Assembly (NCBI GenBank): GCA_963785725.1
Contig: CAWAWS010000030.1
Coordinates: forward strand, 1 to 64,000
Direction of reading: 5' to 3'
DNA length: 64,000 nucleotides
Source of the DNA: an uncultured delta proteobacterium
GTDB lineage: Bacteria; Myxococcota_A; Polyangia; Palsa-1104
In this document: piece after piece, positions 1-8,656 of the stretch
Layout of the letters: every line of letters begins with the position of its first letter
How positions within the stretch are numbered: position 1 is the stretch's first letter
Made by a program: the position numbers and the translations under genes
Notes under the pieces: model-generated
What the model was told of the DNA's origin: nothing
Seen by the model: only the letters and a program-made list of their open reading frames with translations
Databases searched by the model: none

Positions 1-123
1 GTGCGGCTGCGCCGGCGTGTTCGGCTCCTCGCCGATGAGCGGCAGCTCCGGCTCCTTCGAGTCGAACGTATAGCTACAGCCCGACGCCGCGAAAAAGAGC
101 ACGCAAAACAGGGCAAGACGCAT
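1..123 (-). CDS. Lipoprotein, partial (3' end beyond window)
   Basis: ATG at 123 directly follows the receptor stop codon; translates MRLALFCVLFFAASGC-SYTFDSKEP (lipobox). Not in the ORF track. Confidence 0.75.
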   Translation of the reverse strand, partial: MRLALFCVLFFAASGCSYTFDSKEPELPLIGEEPNTPAQPH

Positions 124-2373
124 CTAGAACCGTCCGCGCAAGCCGATAGAGGGCAACACCCAGTTGAAGCCGTTCAACTTTGGCATGGTGTAGAGCGTCG
201 CGCCCGTCGTCGGGTTCGTCGGGTAGGTCAGGCTGATGATGCTCTCGGAGTAGGTCAGGTTCACCACCTCGAGGAAAATACTGAGCGCCCACTTCTTGAA
301 AAGCCACTCGCGATCGATGCGCAGGTCGAGCTGGAAGAACGTCGGCAGGCGGACGTTGTTGCGCGGCGTCGCCAAATAATCGGGCGCTTGCAAGAGGGTC
401 ACCGGCCTTCCCGTCTGCACGAGGATGCGCGCGCCGACCATGAGATTCCACGGCAAACGCACCTGACCGACGGCGTTCAAGACGTGGGTCTGATCGAAGT
501 CGCTCGGCCGCAAACCGCAGGAATATTCACGCTCGGAGCGCGACAGCGTGTACGACAGCCAGCCCGTGAAGCGACCGGCCGTCTTGCGCGCCAAGATCTC
601 CATGCCGAACGACTCCCCGTTGATCTGCCGCGTGATGGCCGCGACGTAGCCGGTCAGCGACTCCGGCGGCGGCGAGGTACAGACGACGACCGCCGAGAGA
701 TCGAGCACCGCGTCGTTGACGTTGTAGAACTGCTCCCAGAACGCCGTGATGCTGAACGTCAGGTTCCACGGCAGCTTGGCCTCGACGCCGTAATCGGCCT
801 GGATCGCGCGCTGTAGCCCGAGCTGCAGCGCGAACGTGTCGACGCCCGGCAGCGCGATGGGAAAGCTCGGCGGCTGCTGATAGAGCCCGATGCCGCCTTT
901 GATGCTCAGCTGCGGCAAGAGCTGGGCGCGAAAGCTGAAGCGCGGGTCGACGCCGAGCAAGGTGACGCCGCTCGCGTGGTAGACGTCGGCGCGCACGCCG
1001 ACCGTGGCCCACAAGCGGCGCGGGAAGATCTCGATCGTGCCTTCGACGTAGGCGCCGGACTCGACGCCGTCGCGCGTGCCGGCCAGGTCGCCGAGCGTGT
1101 CGGGCGCGTTCTGCTGGTTGTCGGCGGTGTCGAAGTTGCTGGCCTTGAAGCGCGAGATCTCGCCGTCGAGGCCGAGCGCGAGGCGGAAGCGGTTCCAGCG
1201 CGCGCGCACGTTGGCGCGCCAGTCGAGCGAGAGCTTGACCACGGACGGGCCGAACGCCTCGAACTCGTCGTAGCCGAGCACGATCGCCTCTTCGGTCTCG
1301 ACGCGGCCGAAGCGGCGGCGATCGCGCAGCTGAATGCGATAAAACTGCAGCTGCTCATTGCTGATGACGGGCGGGACCGCGGCCATCATCGCCGTCGCCG
1401 GCATGCCGTTTTGGGTCACGATCGACAAGAAGTCGTAGGAGCCGAGCACCTCCAGCGTCAGCGTCTTCCAGTCGACGCGCAGCTGAAAGTCCCAATAGTT
1501 GACGTTCACCTGCTTGTCGAAGGCGTGCACCAGGAACGCCGGATAGCCGTAGTGGCCGGCCACTTCGACGCGCGCGCCGTCGGGCAGCTTGGCCTCGAGC
1601 AGCGCCGAGACGTCGTACAGTCGCAGCTCGACCTCGCCGTGCGCCGGCGCGTCGGTGCGGGCGGCGCGCGTCTCGGAGTCGATGATGCCGCCTGCGTAGT
1701 GGCCGAAGCTGACGTCGTAGACGCCGGGATAGAAGTCGAGGCGATCGACGAGATCGGAGTGGACGACGCCGCCGCCGACGAGGAAATGGAACAGCTGCGG
1801 CACGCGCATGCCGTCGAGGAAGAAGCCGTTGGTGCCGGGGCTGGCGCCGCGAATGACGTAGACCGGCAGGAGCGTCAGCGGCTGCACGACGCCCGGCATC
1901 AGCCCGATCGTGCGGAAGGGATCGCCGAGCGTGCCGGCGGTCGTGTGCAGCTCTTGGTCGGTCAGCGTGAAGCGCTCGCCTTCGTGCCGCCCTTCGCCGC
2001 GAACCGTCGAGACGTAGCGCTTCTTATGCTTGGGATCGCGCAGCAGGCGGTATTCGACGACCAGCCCCTCGTTGGCGACCATTGTTTCGAGCGTGTGCAG
2101 CGGCTCGTATCCATCGAGTGTCACCGCCAGCGGAATTTTCCCGGCCGGCACGCGCATGCTGAAATTGCCTTCAGAGTCGCTGTTGCACGACTCGCCGGTT
2201 GCGGCCACGATGTGCGCACCGCCCAGAGGTGTAATGGACCCTCGTTCGAATACGCGGCCACGCAGCTCGGAAACAGCGACGGAAACCGGCGATTCGCCTG
2301 CGTCTCCGGGCTCCTGCGCGCGCGCGGTGACGCCGCAAAGCGTCATGATTCCGAGCGCGAATACAAACTTCAC
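124..2373 (-). CDS. TonB-dependent outer membrane receptor with N-terminal carboxypeptidase-regulatory-like domain
   Basis: Signal peptide from GTG 2373 (MKFVFALG...ARAQ); plug motif DPFRTIGLMPGV...IRG...FFLDG; RLPTFFQLDLRIDR; C-terminal LPSIGLRGRF barrel signal. Confidence 0.9.
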   Translation of the reverse strand: MKFVFALGIMTLCGVTARAQEPGDAGESPVSVAVSELRGRVFERGSITPLGGAHIVAATGESCNSDSEGNFSMRVPAGKIPLAVTLDGYEPLHTLETMVANEGLVVEYRLLRDPKHKKRYVSTVRGEGRHEGERFTLTDQELHTTAGTLGDPFRTIGLMPGVVQPLTLLPVYVIRGASPGTNGFFLDGMRVPQLFHFLVGGGVVHSDLVDRLDFYPGVYDVSFGHYAGGIIDSETRAARTDAPAHGEVELRLYDVSALLEAKLPDGARVEVAGHYGYPAFLVHAFDKQVNVNYWDFQLRVDWKTLTLEVLGSYDFLSIVTQNGMPATAMMAAVPPVISNEQLQFYRIQLRDRRRFGRVETEEAIVLGYDEFEAFGPSVVKLSLDWRANVRARWNRFRLALGLDGEISRFKASNFDTADNQQNAPDTLGDLAGTRDGVESGAYVEGTIEIFPRRLWATVGVRADVYHASGVTLLGVDPRFSFRAQLLPQLSIKGGIGLYQQPPSFPIALPGVDTFALQLGLQRAIQADYGVEAKLPWNLTFSITAFWEQFYNVNDAVLDLSAVVVCTSPPPESLTGYVAAITRQINGESFGMEILARKTAGRFTGWLSYTLSRSEREYSCGLRPSDFDQTHVLNAVGQVRLPWNLMVGARILVQTGRPVTLLQAPDYLATPRNNVRLPTFFQLDLRIDREWLFKKWALSIFLEVVNLTYSESIISLTYPTNPTTGATLYTMPKLNGFNWVLPSIGLRGRF

Positions 2374-2440
2374 ACGCCCGAAAGTACACGATCCCCACTT
2401 GACCACCAAACGAGCCTTCGCTACGGTCCGCTTCCGTCCA

Positions 2441-3235
2441 ATGTCCAAATTCTCTGTGAAATGCGCCGGCGCCTTGCTTCTCGCGGCCGTGGCTACGAGC
2501 GGCTGTGACTCGCTCAAGGCGCGCATGATCGCTGGCGACGCCGCCGCTCTCTGGCACGAAGGCAAGATCGAGGAAGCGATCGCCAAGTATCAAGAGGCGG
2601 CGGCGGTCGATCCGCACAACGCCACCATTCAGATCAACATCGGCTTCGCCAACATGGCGCTGTACCAGCAGAACCCGAAGGGCAAGGTCGCCGAGGATGC
2701 GGCCAACGGCTCGGTCGTGGCGTTCGAGAACTACCTCAAGCTGAAGCCGGGCGACGAGCGGGCGACGCAGTACCTCGTGCAGACCTTCGTCGACACCAGC
2801 CGCTACGACGCCGCCGTGCAGTACTACCAGCCGCAGGTCCAGAAGAACGATCCCGAGGCGTTCAACACGCTCGGCATCATCGCCTCGAAGACCGGCAAGA
2901 CCAACGAGGCGAAGGATTGGTACACTAAGCGCGTCGCCGCCGATCCGAAGAATCCCGACGCCAAGCTGGCGCTCGGCGTGCTCATCTGGGACCACCTGCA
3001 CAACAGCAAAGAGATCACCGGCGACGCGCGCAAGCAGCAAGCGGACGAGGGCATCAGCATCCTGAAGGACGCCATCGCCCTCGCGCCCAAAGCCCCGAAC
3101 GCGTACACCTACGTGAACTTGCTCTATCGCGAACGCTCCGAAGCCGACCTCACCGACGACGAGAAGCGCCCGGATCTGTTGCAAGCGAACGAGTATTTCA
3201 AAAAGGCCATGGAGCTGCAAAAAGCTCTCAAGTAG
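2441..3235 (+). CDS. TPR-repeat lipoprotein
   Basis: Lipobox ATSGC; helical TPR-like repeats (AIAKYQEAAAVDPHN, AIALAPKAPNAY). Confidence 0.85.
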   Translation: MSKFSVKCAGALLLAAVATSGCDSLKARMIAGDAAALWHEGKIEEAIAKYQEAAAVDPHNATIQINIGFANMALYQQNPKGKVAEDAANGSVVAFENYLKLKPGDERATQYLVQTFVDTSRYDAAVQYYQPQVQKNDPEAFNTLGIIASKTGKTNEAKDWYTKRVAADPKNPDAKLALGVLIWDHLHNSKEITGDARKQQADEGISILKDAIALAPKAPNAYTYVNLLYRERSEADLTDDEKRPDLLQANEYFKKAMELQKALK

Positions 3236-3286
3236 TTACGAATTTCGACACTAAGGTTTCAACACGCAAGGAAAAGGGGCTAACGG

Positions 3287-3982
3287 ATGCAGTCATTCAA
3301 TCCGCTCGATATGTGGCACCACATGGGCTTGCTGGACAAGGGCGTCGTCTCGATCCTTGTCATCATGTCGATCTACTCGCTGTGGGTCATGATCGATCGC
3401 TTCGCGTACTTCACGAAGGCGCGTCGCCTGTCCCTGTCGTTCGTGCTCGCGCTCCGCGACAAGATGACCAAGCGCGACCTCAACGGCGCGTTGAACCTCT
3501 CCAAGGCCGACCCGCAGTCGCCGATCGCCAAGGTCATCTACGAGGCGCTCAGCGAGTACCGTGACGGCCTCGACGCCATCGCCAAGACCGGCCCCGACGA
3601 AGTCGGCGAGTTCGACGTCGTCGACGCGGTCAACCGCGCCATCGACCGCGTCAAAGAGCGCGAGATCTCGAAGATGAAGACCGGCCTCTCCGGCCTCGGC
3701 ACGATCTCGGCCGCCGGCCCGTTCATCGGCCTCTTCGGCACGGTCGTCGGTATCATCAACGCCTTCCGCTCGATGGCTTCGTCGGGTCAGGGCGGTCTCG
3801 GCGCCGTCTCGGCCGGTATCTCGGAAGCACTCGTCACCACGGCCGCCGGCCTCCTCGTCGCCATCCCGGCGCTCATGGTCTACAACTACTTCACCAACGC
3901 CATCGAGACCTTCATCGTCGACATGAACGACGTCAGCTCCGAGCTGATCTCGTACGTGCTCCGCGAAGGGCGCGAGCGCTAG
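3287..3982 (+). CDS. MotA/TolQ/ExbB proton channel family protein
   Basis: GPFIGLFGTVVGIINAF and AGISEALVTTAAGLLVAIPA motifs. Confidence 0.95.
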   Translation: MQSFNPLDMWHHMGLLDKGVVSILVIMSIYSLWVMIDRFAYFTKARRLSLSFVLALRDKMTKRDLNGALNLSKADPQSPIAKVIYEALSEYRDGLDAIAKTGPDEVGEFDVVDAVNRAIDRVKEREISKMKTGLSGLGTISAAGPFIGLFGTVVGIINAFRSMASSGQGGLGAVSAGISEALVTTAAGLLVAIPALMVYNYFTNAIETFIVDMNDVSSELISYVLREGRER

Positions 3983-3983
3983 C

Positions 3984-4453
3984 ATGACCACGGCAGGGCC
4001 ACGTCGGACTGGGTCGCTGCCCAAGCGCAAGCGTCCCAAGATCCACAAGAAGCGCCAGGGTGCGATCAAGCCGGGCGGGATGAAGAACGAGATCAACGTC
4101 ACGCCGTTGGTCGACGTCGTCCTCGTGTTGCTGATCATCTTCATGGTCGTGACGCCGATGCTCCATCGCGGCGTCAAAATCGACCTGCCGACGACGGCGA
4201 ACCACGAGAAGAAGCAGGACACGGGCGAGCAGCTCGTCGTCGGCATCCGCGACGAGGGCACGTACATCGAGACGGAGAAGATCCCCGAGGTGAGCAGCTC
4301 GTCGAGCGCGTCCGCAAAGAGCTGAAGAACGCGCGTCCCGTGCACGTGCGCGCCGATAAGTCGCTGACGTACGGCAAGGTTCGCGTCGTGCTCGAGAAGA
4401 TCCACGAAGCTGGCGCCCAGAACGTCGCCATGGGCACCGAGGAGGCGAAGTAA
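3984..4453 (+). CDS. ExbD/TolR family protein 1 (apparent 1-nt deletion near 4289)
   Basis: INVTPLVDVVLVLLIIFMV; after the frameshift it continues EQLVERVRKELKNARPVHVRADKSLTYGKV to TAA at 4453. Confidence 0.9.
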
Positions 4454-4860
4454 TGGCTTTCGGTGGCTCTTCAAACGGCGGAATCAACGCCAGCATCAAC
4501 ATCACGCCGCTCGTCGACGTCGTGCTCGTGCTCCTCATCATCTTCATGGTCATGACGCCGACCTTGTTGAAGCAGATGGAGCTGACGGTGCCGGACAAGG
4601 CGCAGGACGTGCAGATCACGCCGCCGCCGACGGATCAGGTCGTCGTCGGCGTCAGCAAAGAGGGCAAAGTCTCCATCAACAAGGAGATGATTGACGAGTC
4701 GGCGTTGACCGAGCGCATTCACGAGCTCATGAAGTCGAGCCGCGACAAGCTGGTCTTCTTCGACATCGACGATGACGCGAACTACGGCGACACCATGCAC
4801 ATCATGGACGTCGTTCGCGGCGCGGGCGCCAAGACGCTCGGCGTCATGACCAAGAACTAG
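4453..4860 (+). CDS. ExbD/TolR family protein 2
   Basis: INITPLVDVVLVLLIIFMV; DDDANYGDTMHIMDVVRGAG; TAATG overlap with the upstream gene. Confidence 0.95.
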   Translation: MAFGGSSNGGINASINITPLVDVVLVLLIIFMVMTPTLLKQMELTVPDKAQDVQITPPPTDQVVVGVSKEGKVSINKEMIDESALTERIHELMKSSRDKLVFFDIDDDANYGDTMHIMDVVRGAGAKTLGVMTKN

Positions 4861-4976
4861 CTCGCTCGCTCGCCTTCTTCTTCTTTCACTTCCTCGAAAT
4901 TGCGATAAGTTCCCACGCGCGAATGCCGTGAAAACGGCGTTTGTTGCCTATGCGTAGTCATTTGCGGAGGAGCGGC

Positions 4977-6374
4977 ATGCGAAGCGTGATTCGCGTCGTG
5001 ACGCTGGTTGCGGTCATGGCGATGGCGACGAGAGCGTCGGCGGCCAAGGCGAAGCTCGACATTCCCGACGTCAAGCAGTGGCAGCTCGCCAACGGGCTCA
5101 AGGTCATCTTCCTCGCCGATCACAAGGCGCCGGTGGTGACGGTGCAGGTCTTCTATCACGCGGGCGGCAAGGACGAGCCGGCCGACAAGCGCGGCATCGC
5201 GCACATGTTCGAGCACATGATGTTCAAGGGCTCGACGCATGTGCCGCCCGAGGAGCACGCGCGCTTCATTTCGCTCGTCGGCGGCCGCTACAACGCGTTC
5301 ACGCAGGACGACGCCACCGGCTATCACGACACCATCCCGCCGTCGGCGCTCGAGTTCACGCTGAAGCTCGAGGCCGAGCGCATGCGTGGCCTCAAGCTGA
5401 CGCAGAAGACGATCGACTCCGAGCGCCAAGTCGTCGAGGAAGAGCTGCGCGTGCGCGAGGAGAACAGCCCGGTCGCCAAGGCCATCAAGGCCGAGCTGCA
5501 GCTCGCCTACGAGGTGCATCCCTATCGCATCGGCCCCGTCGGTGACAAGAAGATGCTCGACACGGTGACGCCGGCCGATTGTCAGGCGTTTTACGATCGC
5601 TTTTATCGGCCCAACAACGCGGCGCTGATCGTCGTCGGCGATGCCGACGAGGCGACGGTCAAGGCGTTGGTGGACAAGTATTTCGGGCCGCTCGAGCGCG
5701 GGCCGGACGTGACGCGCGACATTCCGCAGGAGCCGCCGCAGACGCAGCCGCGCGTGGAGACGCTCAATATTCCCGTGCAGCTGCCGGTGATGATCGGCGC
5801 CTATCACATTCCGGGCGGCGCCGACGCCGATCTGTTCGCGCTCGAGGTGCTGCAGCAGATCTTGTCGGGCGGCGAGTCGTCGCGGCTCAATCAGCGGCTC
5901 ATTCGCAAGGACAAGATCGCCGTGGCGGCCGGCGGATTCGTCTATTTGCACGAAGATCCGGGCCTGTTCTTGACGTTCGCCGCCTTCCTGCCGACCTCCG
6001 ACCCGGCCAAGATTCGCGCGTCGCTGGAGGACGAGATCGCGCGCGTCGGCGCCAAGGCGGTCGAGCCGCGCGAGCTGCAAAAGGCGCGCAATCAGCTGGC
6101 GGCGCGCGCGATCTACGAGCGCGAGCGCGTCACCGAGATCGCCAGCGCCATCGGCGTCAACTGGATCGTCTCGCACGATCCGCTGCGCGCGTTCACGGCG
6201 CCGACGAAGTATGACGCGGTCACCGCCGACGACATCGTGCGCGTGGCCAAGAAGTATCTCGTGCCCAGCAACCTCAGCCTCATCACGCTGGCGCCGCCGA
6301 AGCCGATGACGCTGACGGCGCCCAAGCCGCCGGCGCCCAAGCCGGCGCCCGCGAACGAGAAAGGTCAGAAGTGA
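4977..6374 (+). CDS. M16B zinc peptidase, catalytic subunit, exported
   Basis: Signal peptide; GIAHMFEHMMFKG (HxxEH); NAFT; GGAGGAG upstream. Confidence 0.93.
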   Translation: MRSVIRVVTLVAVMAMATRASAAKAKLDIPDVKQWQLANGLKVIFLADHKAPVVTVQVFYHAGGKDEPADKRGIAHMFEHMMFKGSTHVPPEEHARFISLVGGRYNAFTQDDATGYHDTIPPSALEFTLKLEAERMRGLKLTQKTIDSERQVVEEELRVREENSPVAKAIKAELQLAYEVHPYRIGPVGDKKMLDTVTPADCQAFYDRFYRPNNAALIVVGDADEATVKALVDKYFGPLERGPDVTRDIPQEPPQTQPRVETLNIPVQLPVMIGAYHIPGGADADLFALEVLQQILSGGESSRLNQRLIRKDKIAVAAGGFVYLHEDPGLFLTFAAFLPTSDPAKIRASLEDEIARVGAKAVEPRELQKARNQLAARAIYERERVTEIASAIGVNWIVSHDPLRAFTAPTKYDAVTADDIVRVAKKYLVPSNLSLITLAPPKPMTLTAPKPPAPKPAPANEKGQK

Positions 6375-8656
6375 TGCGCGCCTCTCATGTGTGCTTCGGG
6401 GCTTTGCTGTTGGCGGCGCCGGCCTTCGCGCAAGCGCCGGCCACGCCGCTGCCGGTCGGCGGCACGAAGGCGCCGGTCACCGGCGTCAAAACGGTCGCGC
6501 CGCAGACGCCGCCGCCGGCCAAAGCGGACGTCGACAGCCGTCGCACGCCGGTCAGCACCGCGCCGGCTGCGCCCGATCCGTGGGCCGGACGCAGCGACCT
6601 GTTCGTGCCGCCGACGCTGCAGCCGACGACGAAGGTGACGCTGGGCCCGGTGTCGCGCTCGACGACGGCCAATGGCATGCAGCTCGTGGTCGTGCCGCGC
6701 AAGCAGCTGCCGGCGGTGGAAGTGACGCTGGCGGTGCGCGTGCCGGAGACGGCCGAGCCGCTCGATCGCACGGGCGTGGCCGATTTCATGGCGCAAATGC
6801 TGCGCAAAGGCGCGGGCAAGCGTTCGGCCGATCAGCTGTCGGAGGCCATCGACTTCGTCGGCGGCGACATCGGCGCGGCCGATGCCCACGGCGCCATCTA
6901 CATCGCCTGCCACGTGCGCGCTCGCGACGTCGGGCTGTGCTTCGAGCTGGTCGGCGATCTGGCCATGCATCCGACGTTTCCCGAGACGGAGATGGGCGAG
7001 ATCCGCGATCGCTTGCTGTCGCAGATCAACCAAGTGAAGGACGATCCCGAGTCGCTGTCGCGCTGGCACGGCGCCAACGTCTTCTACGGCGACGAAGATC
7101 CGCGCGGCCGGCCGATGTCGCGCCGCTCGCTCGCGGCCATCGATCGCAAGTCCATCGTCGAGTTCCACAGCAAGTGGTTCGCGCCCAACAACGCCATCTT
7201 GGCCGTCTCCGGCGACATCGACGACAAGACGGTGCGCGCGCTGGCGCAGAAGACGTTCGGCGGCTGGGCCAAGCACACGACGCCGCCGATCATCGAGCCG
7301 CCGCCGCGGCCGCTGCCCGTCGGCAAGTCGCCGGCGGTGCGGCTCGTCGACAAGCCGGACGCCACGCAGTCGGTGATCGTGCTGCTCGGGCCGGGGATCA
7401 AGGAGTCGGATCCGTCGCTGTACGCGGTCAAGCTCATGAACTACACGCTCGGCGGCGGCGGGTTCTCGTCGCGGCTGACCAAGATCGTGCGCTCCGAAGG
7501 CGGCAAGACCTACGACGTGTCGAGCGCGTTCGAGGCCGGGCGCGAGGCCGGGCCGTTCGTGGCCTCGACGTTCACGCGCAATAAGGAGACGATCTCGACC
7601 TTGGCGCTGATTCGCGAGCAGATCGCGAAGATGCGCGACAAAGGGCCGACCGCCGACGAGCTCAAGGCGGCCAAGAACAACCTCATCGGCGGCTACGGGC
7701 TGAAGCTGGAGACGGGCGCGGACTTGGCGCAGTCGCTCTTGGGCACCGAGATCGACGGGCTCGATCACGACTTCGTCGCCCAATATCCGGCGCGCCTCGA
7801 TGCCGTGACCTTGGCCGAGGCGCAGAAGGCGGCGGCCGCGCACTTGGATCCGCGCGCCCTCGTCATCGTCGGCAAAGCGAGCGAAGTGGGGCCGATGCTG
7901 AAGCAGGCCGGCTACAACAAGATCGAAGTCGTCAGCTATCTGGAGCCGGTGTCGGGCGCCGAGCGCAAGGAGGATCGGTCGACGCGCTCGCAGGGCGCCA
8001 CGGTGCTGCCGTCGGACGCGCTCGAAGGGCGGCGCCTGCTCGACCTGGCGATCAAGGCCAAAGGCGGCCTACCGGCGATGGCGAAGGTGAAGACGCTCGA
8101 GCTCGTCGGCAAAGGCACGCTGACGGCGCAAGGGCAGTCGGTGCCGCTGACGCTCGACATTCGCGAGAGCACGACGTCGGTGCGTGAGGACATGGAGATG
8201 GGGCCGATGCGCGTGACGCAGGTGTTCTCGCCGCAGCGCAGCTTCGTGCGGCAAGGCGACAAGGACATGGACATGCCGCCCGACATGAAAGCGGAGATGC
8301 AGAAGGCGTTCTTCCGCGATCCCAACTACATCTTGGCCAACGCGCTGCTGCCGAACGTCAAGCTGCGCGGCTCGCCGGCGGTGTTCGTCGGTGACAGCAG
8401 CTTTCAGGCGTTCGACGTCATCTCGCCCGACAACGACATCACGCGCGTGCTGCTCGATCCGAAGACGCATCAGATCGCGCGGCTCATCTACGCCTCCGAC
8501 GGCAAAGAGGTGCACGACGATCTCGGCGACTATCGGATTCAGGAGGGTGTGAGCCTGCCGTTCAAGCTGCGGCACGACACGGGGACGGAGAAGCTGGAGC
8601 TGATCTACGACAAGATCGCGGTCAATCCGAAGCTCGATTCCTCGCTATTCCAGTAG
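6374..8656 (+). CDS. M16B peptidase non-catalytic subunit with extra C-terminal beta domain
   Basis: Signal peptide; lacks HxxEH; LGGGGFSSRL..IVR...G.TY (R/Y motif); extra ~230 aa ending NPKLDSSLFQ. Confidence 0.88.
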   Translation: MRASHVCFGALLLAAPAFAQAPATPLPVGGTKAPVTGVKTVAPQTPPPAKADVDSRRTPVSTAPAAPDPWAGRSDLFVPPTLQPTTKVTLGPVSRSTTANGMQLVVVPRKQLPAVEVTLAVRVPETAEPLDRTGVADFMAQMLRKGAGKRSADQLSEAIDFVGGDIGAADAHGAIYIACHVRARDVGLCFELVGDLAMHPTFPETEMGEIRDRLLSQINQVKDDPESLSRWHGANVFYGDEDPRGRPMSRRSLAAIDRKSIVEFHSKWFAPNNAILAVSGDIDDKTVRALAQKTFGGWAKHTTPPIIEPPPRPLPVGKSPAVRLVDKPDATQSVIVLLGPGIKESDPSLYAVKLMNYTLGGGGFSSRLTKIVRSEGGKTYDVSSAFEAGREAGPFVASTFTRNKETISTLALIREQIAKMRDKGPTADELKAAKNNLIGGYGLKLETGADLAQSLLGTEIDGLDHDFVAQYPARLDAVTLAEAQKAAAAHLDPRALVIVGKASEVGPMLKQAGYNKIEVVSYLEPVSGAERKEDRSTRSQGATVLPSDALEGRRLLDLAIKAKGGLPAMAKVKTLELVGKGTLTAQGQSVPLTLDIRESTTSVREDMEMGPMRVTQVFSPQRSFVRQGDKDMDMPPDMKAEMQKAFFRDPNYILANALLPNVKLRGSPAVFVGDSSFQAFDVISPDNDITRVLLDPKTHQIARLIYASDGKEVHDDLGDYRIQEGVSLPFKLRHDTGTEKLELIYDKIAVNPKLDSSLFQ

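Noticed and set aside
3287..4860. Naming the motor genes aglR/aglQ/aglS or tolQ/tolR
   Set aside because: Orthology cannot be shown by eye, and no tolA/tolB/pal or glt genes are adjacent.
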